Source of the DNA: a virus
Length of the DNA: 64,000 bases
Reading direction: 5' to 3' (one strand)
Virus record (IMG/VR): IMGVR_UViG_3300008085_000023
Location: 64,001 to 128,000 of that record
Part shown: positions 55,864 to 64,000 of the stretch, one piece after another
Position numbering within the stretch: position 1 is the stretch's first letter
Layout of the letters: each line of letters opens with the position of its first letter
Translations under genes and position numbers: made by a program
Notes under the pieces: generated by a model
What the model was told of the DNA's origin: nothing
The model's database searches: none
What the model saw: the letters and a program-made list of their open reading frames with translations, nothing else

Positions 55864-56322
55864 CTAAATCTCGTCAGGCTTCCATTTGAATCTATTTAAC
55901 CACTCTAATCCATCATCGATAGATGATGAGTTCCTAGACCTGTTATTAGTCTTCTTACAGTTATATTTGGGTACGGTTTTACCCATTCGTTCAGCATTGT
56001 CTTCTATGATGGACTTACCGAATTTAATAAAGATTGATAGTGAAGGCTTATATGCAGTTAAGATATCATCTCCAGTAATAGGTACTAAAGGAAGATCTGC
56101 GCCTACAGCCCATTGAGTCATGAATGTGTGTAAGGTATCGTCGGCAACAACCTGATGCAGAACGTATGGATATTGCAGAATATAGAAATCTTCGTGCTCA
56201 CCTTCATTCAATATAGCGATTATAGTTTCCCCAGTTGTTAACTTAAGAATTTGAGTTCTTTGATAGAACTCTGACTTTTTGATATCGGGATCACTACTAG
56301 TATCTTCTTGTATATAATACAT
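55864..56322 (-). CDS. Sm-like hypothetical protein
   Basis: LKLTTGETII; usual position between uvsW and 55. Confidence 0.65.
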   Translation of the reverse strand: MYYIQEDTSSDPDIKKSEFYQRTQILKLTTGETIIAILNEGEHEDFYILQYPYVLHQVVADDTLHTFMTQWAVGADLPLVPITGDDILTAYKPSLSIFIKFGKSIIEDNAERMGKTVPKYNCKKTNNRSRNSSSIDDGLEWLNRFKWKPDEI

Positions 56323-56344
56323 AATTCACTGTCTCTTATACTAT

Positions 56345-57826
56345 TTATAACTTAAATGAGAACATGGCGTGATCAAACTTCTCTCGCATATATAACTTCA
56401 TTCGTTCAAGACCATGTTTCAAAGCAAAGTTCTTCTTTGACTTGCCATCTGTAATATCATCAATAATGTCATATACCCGCAGAATTGAATTCTCTCCATG
56501 TTTCCTGAGGCCTCGGCCGATGGATTGTAAAACTCTAATAACGGATTTTGTTGGACTTGCTAAAATGATGTTGTGTAGATTCTTAATGTTCACACCTGTT
56601 GAGAACGTACCCATTGAAGCTACCAGTATTGCATTACTCTCCGTTTCCATTATTTTACGGATATATTCGCGGCTAGCAGTATCAATAGCCCCCGATATAA
56701 AGAACGTGGTACGGCCTGAGTCACCCAATAGTTGTTTTAACTTCTCAAATAATGGTATACCATGGGTGTCCACATAGTTGTACAGGATGAGGGTATTTTT
56801 CTTCTGTGCTATAGCTAACCTGCATATAAATTCATTACGCCTATCATTTGAAACAAGGTATGCCATTTCGTCCGGATAACTAGATACCTCACGTCTAAAA
56901 TCCTTAGCATCTTGGGATGAGTATTCTAAACGGAGCAAATTTATCTTAGTCTTTGACAAGGTATCAGCATCAATTAGCTTCTTCGTCGTAGTAGCTTTAA
57001 ACACATCACCAAATAATCCCTGTAACACTAGCTTATGCGTTTCACTATTATCTAATGTTCCTGTTGTACCAATACGATGTGTTGCGTTTACACATTTATC
57101 CATGACGCTTGTAATCGACTTGGCCTTGGCTAGATGTGCTTCATCACAAATAACAGTGCCAAATGGTTCAAACCACCCACGACCAAGACGGAATATCGAT
57201 TGCCATGTAGTAATAACAATAGGTTTGTCACTAAGCTTTTCATGCCCTGAATAAATTTTATGTACATAGTCATCAGTTGACCAACCATTATTAATTGAAT
57301 AATCAGCAAAATCGGAAGTCATTTGCTCAACTAATGATGTTGTAGGCACAATGATAAGAGTCTTCTGTTCAAGCACGGTTTGACTATATAACGCAGTAAG
57401 GTAAATAACTAATGATTTGCCAGAACCTGTAGGCGATACAATAACATGTCTTTGATTCTGTATAATCTTGCGGAATGTCTCGAGTTGGTAATCCCTCAAC
57501 ACAAAAGGAATATCTATACACTCAAGAAATTTCTTGCACTGCTCGATGTCAACCGACGTAGGTTTTACAGACTCTTCTAAAGTAATATCGTAGTTGCTTT
57601 GTTTTGCAAACTTCAATAAATCTGTTACGAGTCCGTGCGGTAATACTTGATTACGCGTGTCAAGCAGACGGAGTTTTCCGTCCCAAAGACCATTGCGGTA
57701 CTTTGGCATGAAACGATAGTTTGGAACGAAGAACGTATATCTATCGTTTATCTCGTGTAGAATCCCTCGATCGCATTGGATCCTTACATGGGATTCATTC
57801 ATTTTTTCAACGTGTATGTCACTCAC
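56345..57826 (-). CDS. uvsW: UvsW helicase
   Basis: SPTGSGKS, DEAH, QSIGRGLR. Confidence 0.95.
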   Translation of the reverse strand: MSDIHVEKMNESHVRIQCDRGILHEINDRYTFFVPNYRFMPKYRNGLWDGKLRLLDTRNQVLPHGLVTDLLKFAKQSNYDITLEESVKPTSVDIEQCKKFLECIDIPFVLRDYQLETFRKIIQNQRHVIVSPTGSGKSLVIYLTALYSQTVLEQKTLIIVPTTSLVEQMTSDFADYSINNGWSTDDYVHKIYSGHEKLSDKPIVITTWQSIFRLGRGWFEPFGTVICDEAHLAKAKSITSVMDKCVNATHRIGTTGTLDNSETHKLVLQGLFGDVFKATTTKKLIDADTLSKTKINLLRLEYSSQDAKDFRREVSSYPDEMAYLVSNDRRNEFICRLAIAQKKNTLILYNYVDTHGIPLFEKLKQLLGDSGRTTFFISGAIDTASREYIRKIMETESNAILVASMGTFSTGVNIKNLHNIILASPTKSVIRVLQSIGRGLRKHGENSILRVYDIIDDITDGKSKKNFALKHGLERMKLYMREKFDHAMFSFKL

Positions 57827-58275
57827 TAGATACCAGATTGAAACTTTCTAAACTCAATAATATTTTTGATCGCGCTGTGTCTCCAACGCAAAACACCGAG
57901 TATTTCTTCGATTGCTTCTGTCGTAATCTTTGAATACTCAATTTTCAGTTGAAGCGCTTGTACGTCTGAATCTGAATCGATGTAAATACTAAGTTCAGAT
58001 TTCATTGGCTTAGAGCATCCATTGAAAGGATCGTATGGCCAACCATAAGCATCCATTTCGTCTTGAGTCATCTTGCCAGTGTAGTACCGCCATTTATCCT
58101 TTTTCATTTGCGAAAGCTTTAACTCACGCCTTTTTAACAGCATCCTTGATGCGTCAAATAATGATAGATATTTTGCGTGTAGTTTCGACGTATCAATAGA
58201 CGCTGAATCGAGCTCGACTTTGTCAATGATAGCGTCATTTTCCCACATTTTGTGAATCGTATCTAAGTCAATCAT
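57826..58275 (-). CDS. uvsY: recombination mediator
   Basis: LHAKYL, YYTGK, IKNIIEFRKF. Confidence 0.92.
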   Translation of the reverse strand: MIDLDTIHKMWENDAIIDKVELDSASIDTSKLHAKYLSLFDASRMLLKRRELKLSQMKKDKWRYYTGKMTQDEMDAYGWPYDPFNGCSKPMKSELSIYIDSDSDVQALQLKIEYSKITTEAIEEILGVLRWRHSAIKNIIEFRKFQSGI

Positions 58276-58293
58276 AATGTAATTACCTCACTG

Positions 58294-58758
58294 TTATACT
58301 ATTTCAAAGCTTTGATATGCGAACTCAACACTGCATGTCAGATATTCTAGATCTGTAATTTGTGTATTGAATTCTAAACCAGTCAAACTGGAAGGAATGA
58401 CATTATGAAAAAGCACCTGTTTATTCGTAGTATTTCTATTTGTAAGAATACTTAATGTCATGTCACGCCATATCAATTCGTTTGAGTGCGCGTTGTTGTA
58501 TATCCAATTGAAGAGCTCGATATAGTTACGAAGTTTGTCGTCAACTAGAAACGTCACCGGCAAAGGCTGATAAGAAATTGTATCACCTGGAATAGGCGTT
58601 CTTCCATTTCTAAAAGAGGCCTCGATTGATTCTAGAGTTATAGAAGGCAATTCAGCTGCTATACAAAAATACTCAAGTCCCTTAAACTCTTCCGAATTGA
58701 TAGTCAAACGAAAACCAGTCGGGGATAACATCGCACTGCTATTAATTTCTTCTGCCAT
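58294..58758 (-). CDS. 3: tail completion protein
   Basis: LSPTGF, PGD, FLVD..NYIELFNWI. Confidence 0.8.
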   Translation of the reverse strand: MAEEINSSAMLSPTGFRLTINSEEFKGLEYFCIAAELPSITLESIEASFRNGRTPIPGDTISYQPLPVTFLVDDKLRNYIELFNWIYNNAHSNELIWRDMTLSILTNRNTTNKQVLFHNVIPSSLTGLEFNTQITDLEYLTCSVEFAYQSFEIV

Positions 58759-58772
58759 ATAGTTATTTATAC

Positions 58773-58810
58773 AAAAAAAGAAGAGCAGAGAATTTCTTCT
58801 CTGCTCTTCT
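58773..58810 (-). terminator. intrinsic terminator after capsid gene
   Basis: AGAAGAGCAGAGAA/TTCTCTGCTCTTCT stem plus T-run. Confidence 0.9.
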
Positions 58811-58830
58811 AGGGGAGGTTAAACTATCGC

Positions 58831-60063
58831 TTAGATAGAAGAAACCGTGAAGCGGCGGAAGTACACGTTAGACGCGGCCGTTCCGAACTCATCAGTTCCT
58901 GCACCAACCACAAATGGGTTAGCGGTCATACCATAGCGAGTCTTGAATCCGATACGAGGTTGGAAATCATCTTCACCAATCGCGCGCATCATTGTCAAAG
59001 GAACGTATGGGCAGTAGAACACACCGGCATCGTAGGCATTTGAGCCACGATAAACAACTGTGATATACTCAGCAGCAGCAAACGGGTCAACAAAGACCTT
59101 CATGCGGCCGTTCAACGTACCAGCAAACAAGTTACCGGTAACATCGACCTGCAGATCAGCTGCAAGCTGTGGGTTATGCTCAAGCATACCAGATGCACCC
59201 AAGGCAGATGCAATGTTTGCAGAGCAGATTACCACATTACCCTTACCACGGCGAGTCGTAAGTGCGATAGCGTTAGCCTGGCGCTCGATCTCTTGGATAA
59301 GGTTCTTGTACTTCTCAACAGCCCAACGGCCATCGTTAACTGCCATGTCATAGTCGCCCGATACCATCAATGTTCCGCGGTCAGCAGGAACAACAGCGGC
59401 AATGTTAACACCATCGATCATTTCACGATTGATTTCGTTAATGATTTCGCTTGAAAGGATGGATGCCAGTTCAGACTCTGCATCGAGACCATGAACAGCC
59501 TTCAAATCCTGAGCAAGCTCAGTGGTATAACGAGCACGAAGAGCGCGGGACTTAACACCCACGGTCTGCTTCTCGATTGAGAATCCCATCTCACCAAAAC
59601 CGCCTGGGTTCCGGACAGCATCGCGGGTACCTTCAAGTGCTTCAGCCTGAGTAGTTGTCAAACGACCTGAGAAGGCAGTATCAACATAATCATGCAGAGC
59701 TTCACGTGAAGTTTCAACAGCATCGGTGGTCGTGTTGTATTCAGACTTCATTGCGAAGATAAGACCAGTAGGTCCTGTCATTGGCTGAACACCAGCAACA
59801 TCATAAGCGATGATGTTAGGCATTGCACGGCGAACAAGGCTAATCAGAACTGGATCGTATGTAGCAACCTTACCAGCAGCAACATTCATCTCAGCTTCCG
59901 AAAGGAATCCGCTCATTGATGTGGTCTGTTCGCGATTCGCGATTTCCTGATTCTCGAGCAAGCGAGCCGTAACTGACTTACGCAGAGGATCGGTGATTGG
60001 AGCGCAGTCTTCGTGTTCTAGAACTGCTTGCCATTTCTTAACTAGTTGGTCGGTATTAAACAT
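58831..60063 (-). CDS. 23: major capsid protein
   Basis: LVRRAMP, GVQPMTGPTG, ELAQDLKAVHG, FYCPYVPL, FKTRYG. Confidence 0.97.
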   Translation of the reverse strand: MFNTDQLVKKWQAVLEHEDCAPITDPLRKSVTARLLENQEIANREQTTSMSGFLSEAEMNVAAGKVATYDPVLISLVRRAMPNIIAYDVAGVQPMTGPTGLIFAMKSEYNTTTDAVETSREALHDYVDTAFSGRLTTTQAEALEGTRDAVRNPGGFGEMGFSIEKQTVGVKSRALRARYTTELAQDLKAVHGLDAESELASILSSEIINEINREMIDGVNIAAVVPADRGTLMVSGDYDMAVNDGRWAVEKYKNLIQEIERQANAIALTTRRGKGNVVICSANIASALGASGMLEHNPQLAADLQVDVTGNLFAGTLNGRMKVFVDPFAAAEYITVVYRGSNAYDAGVFYCPYVPLTMMRAIGEDDFQPRIGFKTRYGMTANPFVVGAGTDEFGTAASNVYFRRFTVSSI

Positions 60064-60103
60064 TTTTTGTTTCCTAATTTGTGATTACGTAATTATTTAT
60101 AAA

Positions 60104-61615
60104 TTACGCTGTTTTCGAGTGTCGGCTAATCGCCTTTACATATCTTCCCATAACAGAATTTTCGTCACTATCGTCTGGCGTCTCTTCTTCTACAATAGTA
60201 GAACGAATAGTCACCTCTTTTGAAGGAGCCTTATCAGCATCTTCAGTAATTTCACTTTGCCCATTATTAAAGTAAGTTTCTTTGATGATGCCGACCTGCT
60301 CTGCAAAGCTAGTCTCATCTTCAAAATCAAATTTTGATGTCAACTTCGTTAGTCGCTCAATTTCAGTCTGGCACAAACCATCGGAAGCTTCAGCAATAAC
60401 GGCATTGCGCTTTGCTTGCTTCAATTCAGTAGTGGCTTCAATCAAAGCAGTTTGAGCTTCTTCGAGCTTCGTATTCACTGCTGCCGTTTGATTTAGCAAA
60501 TCATTATACATATCCAATTTGCCTTCAGGAATTTCAGCATAGTGATCTTCAAACACTGTCTTGAGCTGTGTCATGAAAGATTCTGCAACTTCAGTCTTAA
60601 GCTGAGCTTCAATTGAATCGCTATGGGTTTCAGCATACTGCTCAAGAGCATATGTAAGGTAGCCATCAAGCTTCTTAGCGATGCGGTTAATTTCCTCTTC
60701 AATCTTGTCAGCGATAATCAATTGTACCTCTTCGCGAAGAGTAGCAACTTCATCAATCATGCGAGCGCTTACAGCAGCTTCAAAAATAGTAGCAGCCTTA
60801 GACTTAAATTCTTCAGACAATGAATCATCACTTGCAACGAGCTCGTCAATTGATTCACCCGACTCAGATATTTTCACAGAATTAAGATGTGTATCAGCAG
60901 CAGCTTTGACCTTAGCAATAGCAGCTTCTTCCATGTCCTTCTTATCAGAATCTTCCTCGTCGTCCTTCTTATCAGAATCTTCCTCGTCGTCCTTCTTATC
61001 AGGATCTTCCTCTTCAGATTTAGACTTCTTGGATTCTTCCATGTCCTCGTCGTCCTTCTTATCAGGATCTTCCTCGTCGTCCTTCTTATCAGGATCTTCC
61101 TCTTCAGATTTAGACTTAGACTTCTTGGCTTCTTCCATGTCCTTCTTATCAGGATCTTCCTCGTCGTCCTTTTTCGGAGCCTTTTCTTCAGCTTCCTTTT
61201 TAGCTTTCTTCACAGCTTCAGTTACAGCAATTTCCTCTTCAGTTTCCGCGGTATTTGTCTTCTTAAGATCTTTCATATCCTTTTCCTTATTGTCTGATTT
61301 CTCAATGACCAGATAAACCTCGCCATTTGTATCTTCAACGCCTTCGATAGCATAAAAGAATACATCAATATCATCATATGCGTATACTGATGTTTCGCCA
61401 TCATCGTTAAATTTAATTGCAACAGCATTATCATTTGCCTTCATGTCGCCGTTAGCCATGGCTTCCCTTGCTGCGCCAGAACTATCATACCGCATCAGCT
61501 GCGATACCTTTCCAGTATCAATAACGGTTGCTTCTGGTTTATGCTTAGCAGCATCAAGCACCTTATCGCCTGCTTTGATTTTTGCAAAGGCTTTTATTTT
61601 TTCTTGTAAATTCAT
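60104..61615 (-). CDS. 22: prohead core scaffold protein
   Basis: LSEEFKSKAATIFEAAV; position between 21 and 23. Confidence 0.9.
   Translation of the reverse strand: MNLQEKIKAFAKIKAGDKVLDAAKHKPEATVIDTGKVSQLMRYDSSGAAREAMANGDMKANDNAVAIKFNDDGETSVYAYDDIDVFFYAIEGVEDTNGEVYLVIEKSDNKEKDMKDLKKTNTAETEEEIAVTEAVKKAKKEAEEKAPKKDDEEDPDKKDMEEAKKSKSKSEEEDPDKKDDEEDPDKKDDEDMEESKKSKSEEEDPDKKDDEEDSDKKDDEEDSDKKDMEEAAIAKVKAAADTHLNSVKISESGESIDELVASDDSLSEEFKSKAATIFEAAVSARMIDEVATLREEVQLIIADKIEEEINRIAKKLDGYLTYALEQYAETHSDSIEAQLKTEVAESFMTQLKTVFEDHYAEIPEGKLDMYNDLLNQTAAVNTKLEEAQTALIEATTELKQAKRNAVIAEASDGLCQTEIERLTKLTSKFDFEDETSFAEQVGIIKETYFNNGQSEITEDADKAPSKEVTIRSTIVEEETPDDSDENSVMGRYVKAISRHSKTA
60925..61175. repeat. tandem EEDPDKKD repeats in scaffold gene
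   Basis: six copies of a TCCTTCTTATCAG(G/A)ATCTTCCTC unit. Confidence 0.9.
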
Positions 61616-61650
61616 TGAGACTTTCTGTTAAGCTATTCTTATTTATACTT

Positions 61651-62304
61651 TTATTTAGTTTGAAGCATGCGCATAAATCGATTCCACGATTCAACTTGAG
61701 CTTCAGCTAGTTGTGCAGATGGTGTTTTGTGAATGCGCTTTCTAACGTCGTCAGCAAATTGTTCAAATGTGCCATCATCGTTCTTTACCCACTCAACACC
61801 TTCCATGATACCATTCACAAAAGCCTGAGGAGCAGATGGATTCTGAACAATATCAACAGTGCTTAGAATATATCCTTCGCTAACGTATGAAACACCGCTC
61901 TTTTCCTTAACCGATCCCATACCACGACTAGATACGGCTAATTGCACTCCTCCGTCTAATAAACCTTTAACAATTTGGCCCATAGGAGTATTCAATACTT
62001 CGGCGCGCCCAACAACATTATTGCCTTCAAAGACGAGTGACGTGATTTTGTGAGATACCTTGTCTAGATTGACTGAGGGACCCTCTGGATGATTTAGTTC
62101 TCCGACAGCACGGTTTGTATTAACCTGTTCCCGTACGTACACTTCTACAGCCGATTCAAGAACATTCTTAGGGTATACACGCCGATTACGGTTAACCTCT
62201 TCAGCCTGCATAAAAACACCTTGAAGTACCGAAGCCTTTGAACCATCCTTCTTTGCTTCACTCAGATATTCTAGATCGTCAACATATTCGGTAATTAACT
62301 TCAT
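61651..62304 (-). CDS. 21: prohead protease
   Basis: NRNRRVY, GELNHP, VSSRGMGS. Confidence 0.96.
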   Translation of the reverse strand: MKLITEYVDDLEYLSEAKKDGSKASVLQGVFMQAEEVNRNRRVYPKNVLESAVEVYVREQVNTNRAVGELNHPEGPSVNLDKVSHKITSLVFEGNNVVGRAEVLNTPMGQIVKGLLDGGVQLAVSSRGMGSVKEKSGVSYVSEGYILSTVDIVQNPSAPQAFVNGIMEGVEWVKNDDGTFEQFADDVRKRIHKTPSAQLAEAQVESWNRFMRMLQTK

Positions 62305-62471
62305 TACTTTACAGCCTCTTCTTGGTTTAGCATTTTCCGCGCGACAGCTACTCGACGATTGTCTTTAATAGCTGTCATGCGTTGATCCGCCATCTTATGG
62401 AATATCACATTTGCGTGTTGGGTATTATCTTTGAGTACGAAATCAATCATACCTCTCATTGGTGTTGTCAT
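62304..62471 (-). CDS. small prohead core protein (gp67-like)
   Basis: 55-aa ORF between 20 and 21. Confidence 0.6.
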   Translation of the reverse strand: MTTPMRGMIDFVLKDNTQHANVIFHKMADQRMTAIKDNRRVAVARKMLNQEEAVK

Positions 62472-62473
62472 AA

Positions 62474-64000
62474 TTACCATCCTTTATCTCCGGCATCATC
62501 GCCGTCTGTTGGTGCTGCCGCAGCTTCTTTTTTCATTTGAGCTTTACGCTCTTTAATTTCGTCATCAGTTAGGAATAGCACATTCTTAAAAACCCACTCC
62601 TCTGAGAAGTATTTGCCAACGTAGTCCTGTATATCTCTAAGGATTGTAAGCTTATCCTGAAGAACTTCAAACTCTTTAGCCTGATAGAAATGATTGTCCT
62701 GAATAAAATCTATAATCAGATGTTGCTCAAATTTCTTCCATTCAGTCTCTGTCATTATCGATTTCAATCGAACTTGCTGCTTGAGCATATTAATAAAGAG
62801 GAATGCGAATTTGCTACGTAGACGATTAATAAACTTTTGGAATTTCACTTCATCGCGGGTAATCTCAGTTGCTCTACCAGATCCACCATTAAATCCAGCA
62901 TCAGGATCCAGACGTGTTTGAGGAACATTTAGTGAACGATATAAATTATTCTTAAAGTAAATAATATCGTCAATGGAACCGAGGTTATCTCCACCCGGAA
63001 GTGTACTAATCTCTGTACTATTACTACCTTCACGACGAGGAATCCAGAAATCCTCAAGCATACTCATATGACGACGGCTGTCTTTAATTTCACCAGTCTG
63101 AACATCATACGTAATTTTATTACGATACTTCGACATAATCTGCCGGAAGTATTCTTCTGCTTTACCACGAGGTAGGTTGCCTGTATCAACATAAAAAATT
63201 CTGCGTTCAGGTGCACGTGCGATTCTATAGATAACTAGTGAATCTTCCATTGTACGCAATTGGTTAACAACCTTCAATGCCTTATGCAAATGCGAAAGAC
63301 GTAATCGGCGTTTAGAATCAAGTATACCACTATTGACTTCAATGATTGCGTCCTTCGCAATCTTAACGCCAGTGGCTGTAACAGCTGTTGTATTGATAAG
63401 ATCTGTGTTTTGATACATGAAAAACTCTTCAACGGTCTCAGATATCTTTACACCGGTTCGCTTATCAAATGATTCTTTTACTTCCTTAACACGCTTTAAT
63501 CGTGTAGGATCAATAAGTCGTGCTTCAAAAATGCCATCGCCCGGTTTGTCGCGATCAACAACGATATGATAATATAGTCTTCCATCGATATACCACCTAC
63601 GGAAAATATCATATCCAGATTTTGCAAAATCTAAAAGTGAAAGGACTTTATCGAATTCATCGTATACCTTCTCAATGATGGCCGCGCTGAATCCACTTTC
63701 GGCTGTTGCAATAATAAGCTTAACAGGTGGGCCCATTTCGGGAGATGCGATAGCTTCGTTTACAATATCAGAAATAGCAGCATCCACTTCAGCATGTTGC
63801 GCTGCGCCTCGATACTTGTAAATAAGATCAACTTCTGACTGAGCTGTACTATCAATTCCGCCTATATCATAGTAATGTCCAATATGACCTCCGGCGCCAA
63901 CCGTAGTCACATCGCTTTCCTCCTCATCCTTTGGGACAGGAGAAATCAATTCGCGTTCTGGTTCCTTGTTCGCATCTTTTTGCTTTGAGAACCATTGGGC
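62474..64000 (-). CDS. 20: portal protein, 5' partial
   Basis: WYIDGR, IYRIARAPERRIFY, EDFWIPRREG, EITRDE. Confidence 0.97.
   Translation of the reverse strand, partial: AQWFSKQKDANKEPERELISPVPKDEEESDVTTVGAGGHIGHYYDIGGIDSTAQSEVDLIYKYRGAAQHAEVDAAISDIVNEAIASPEMGPPVKLIIATAESGFSAAIIEKVYDEFDKVLSLLDFAKSGYDIFRRWYIDGRLYYHIVVDRDKPGDGIFEARLIDPTRLKRVKEVKESFDKRTGVKISETVEEFFMYQNTDLINTTAVTATGVKIAKDAIIEVNSGILDSKRRLRLSHLHKALKVVNQLRTMEDSLVIYRIARAPERRIFYVDTGNLPRGKAEEYFRQIMSKYRNKITYDVQTGEIKDSRRHMSMLEDFWIPRREGSNSTEISTLPGGDNLGSIDDIIYFKNNLYRSLNVPQTRLDPDAGFNGGSGRATEITRDEVKFQKFINRLRSKFAFLFINMLKQQVRLKSIMTETEWKKFEQHLIIDFIQDNHFYQAKEFEVLQDKLTILRDIQDYVGKYFSEEWVFKNVLFLTDDEIKERKAQMKKEAAAAPTDGDDAGDKGW

Noticed and set aside
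60925-61175. CRISPR-like array
   Set aside because: In-frame coding repeats with no unique spacers.
615-62053. Plus-strand ORFs
   Set aside because: They are shadows of recognisable minus-strand genes.

Overview
A 64-kb segment of a large T4-like myovirus genome, with essentially all genes on the minus strand. It holds the replication module (primase-like, gp43, regA, gp62/44/45, rnh, nrdJ, gp46/47, gp55, uvsW/Y), the head module (gp20, 67-like, 21, 22, 23, gp3), RtcB, a CobS/CobT-like pair, likely capsid-packaged proteins and a decaying glycan-modification locus. A 37-gene tRNA array covers all 20 amino acids, and there are two further tRNAs, a tmRNA and several tRNA-like or unassigned structured RNAs. 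Top finding: the array is preceded by a 33-codon leader ORF (31618-31719) containing all 20 amino acids in 28 different codons. Its stop codon lies inside a 20-bp antiterminator that is mutually exclusive with an intrinsic terminator, suggesting a universal tRNA-depletion attenuator. Also notable: DNA polymerase is broken three ways (fingers-domain split with an HNH gene, a group I intron in motif B, a split intein in motif C with an endonuclease gene), and NrdJ carries a second split intein of opposite charge polarity. All family calls come from motif recognition by eye; no searches were run.
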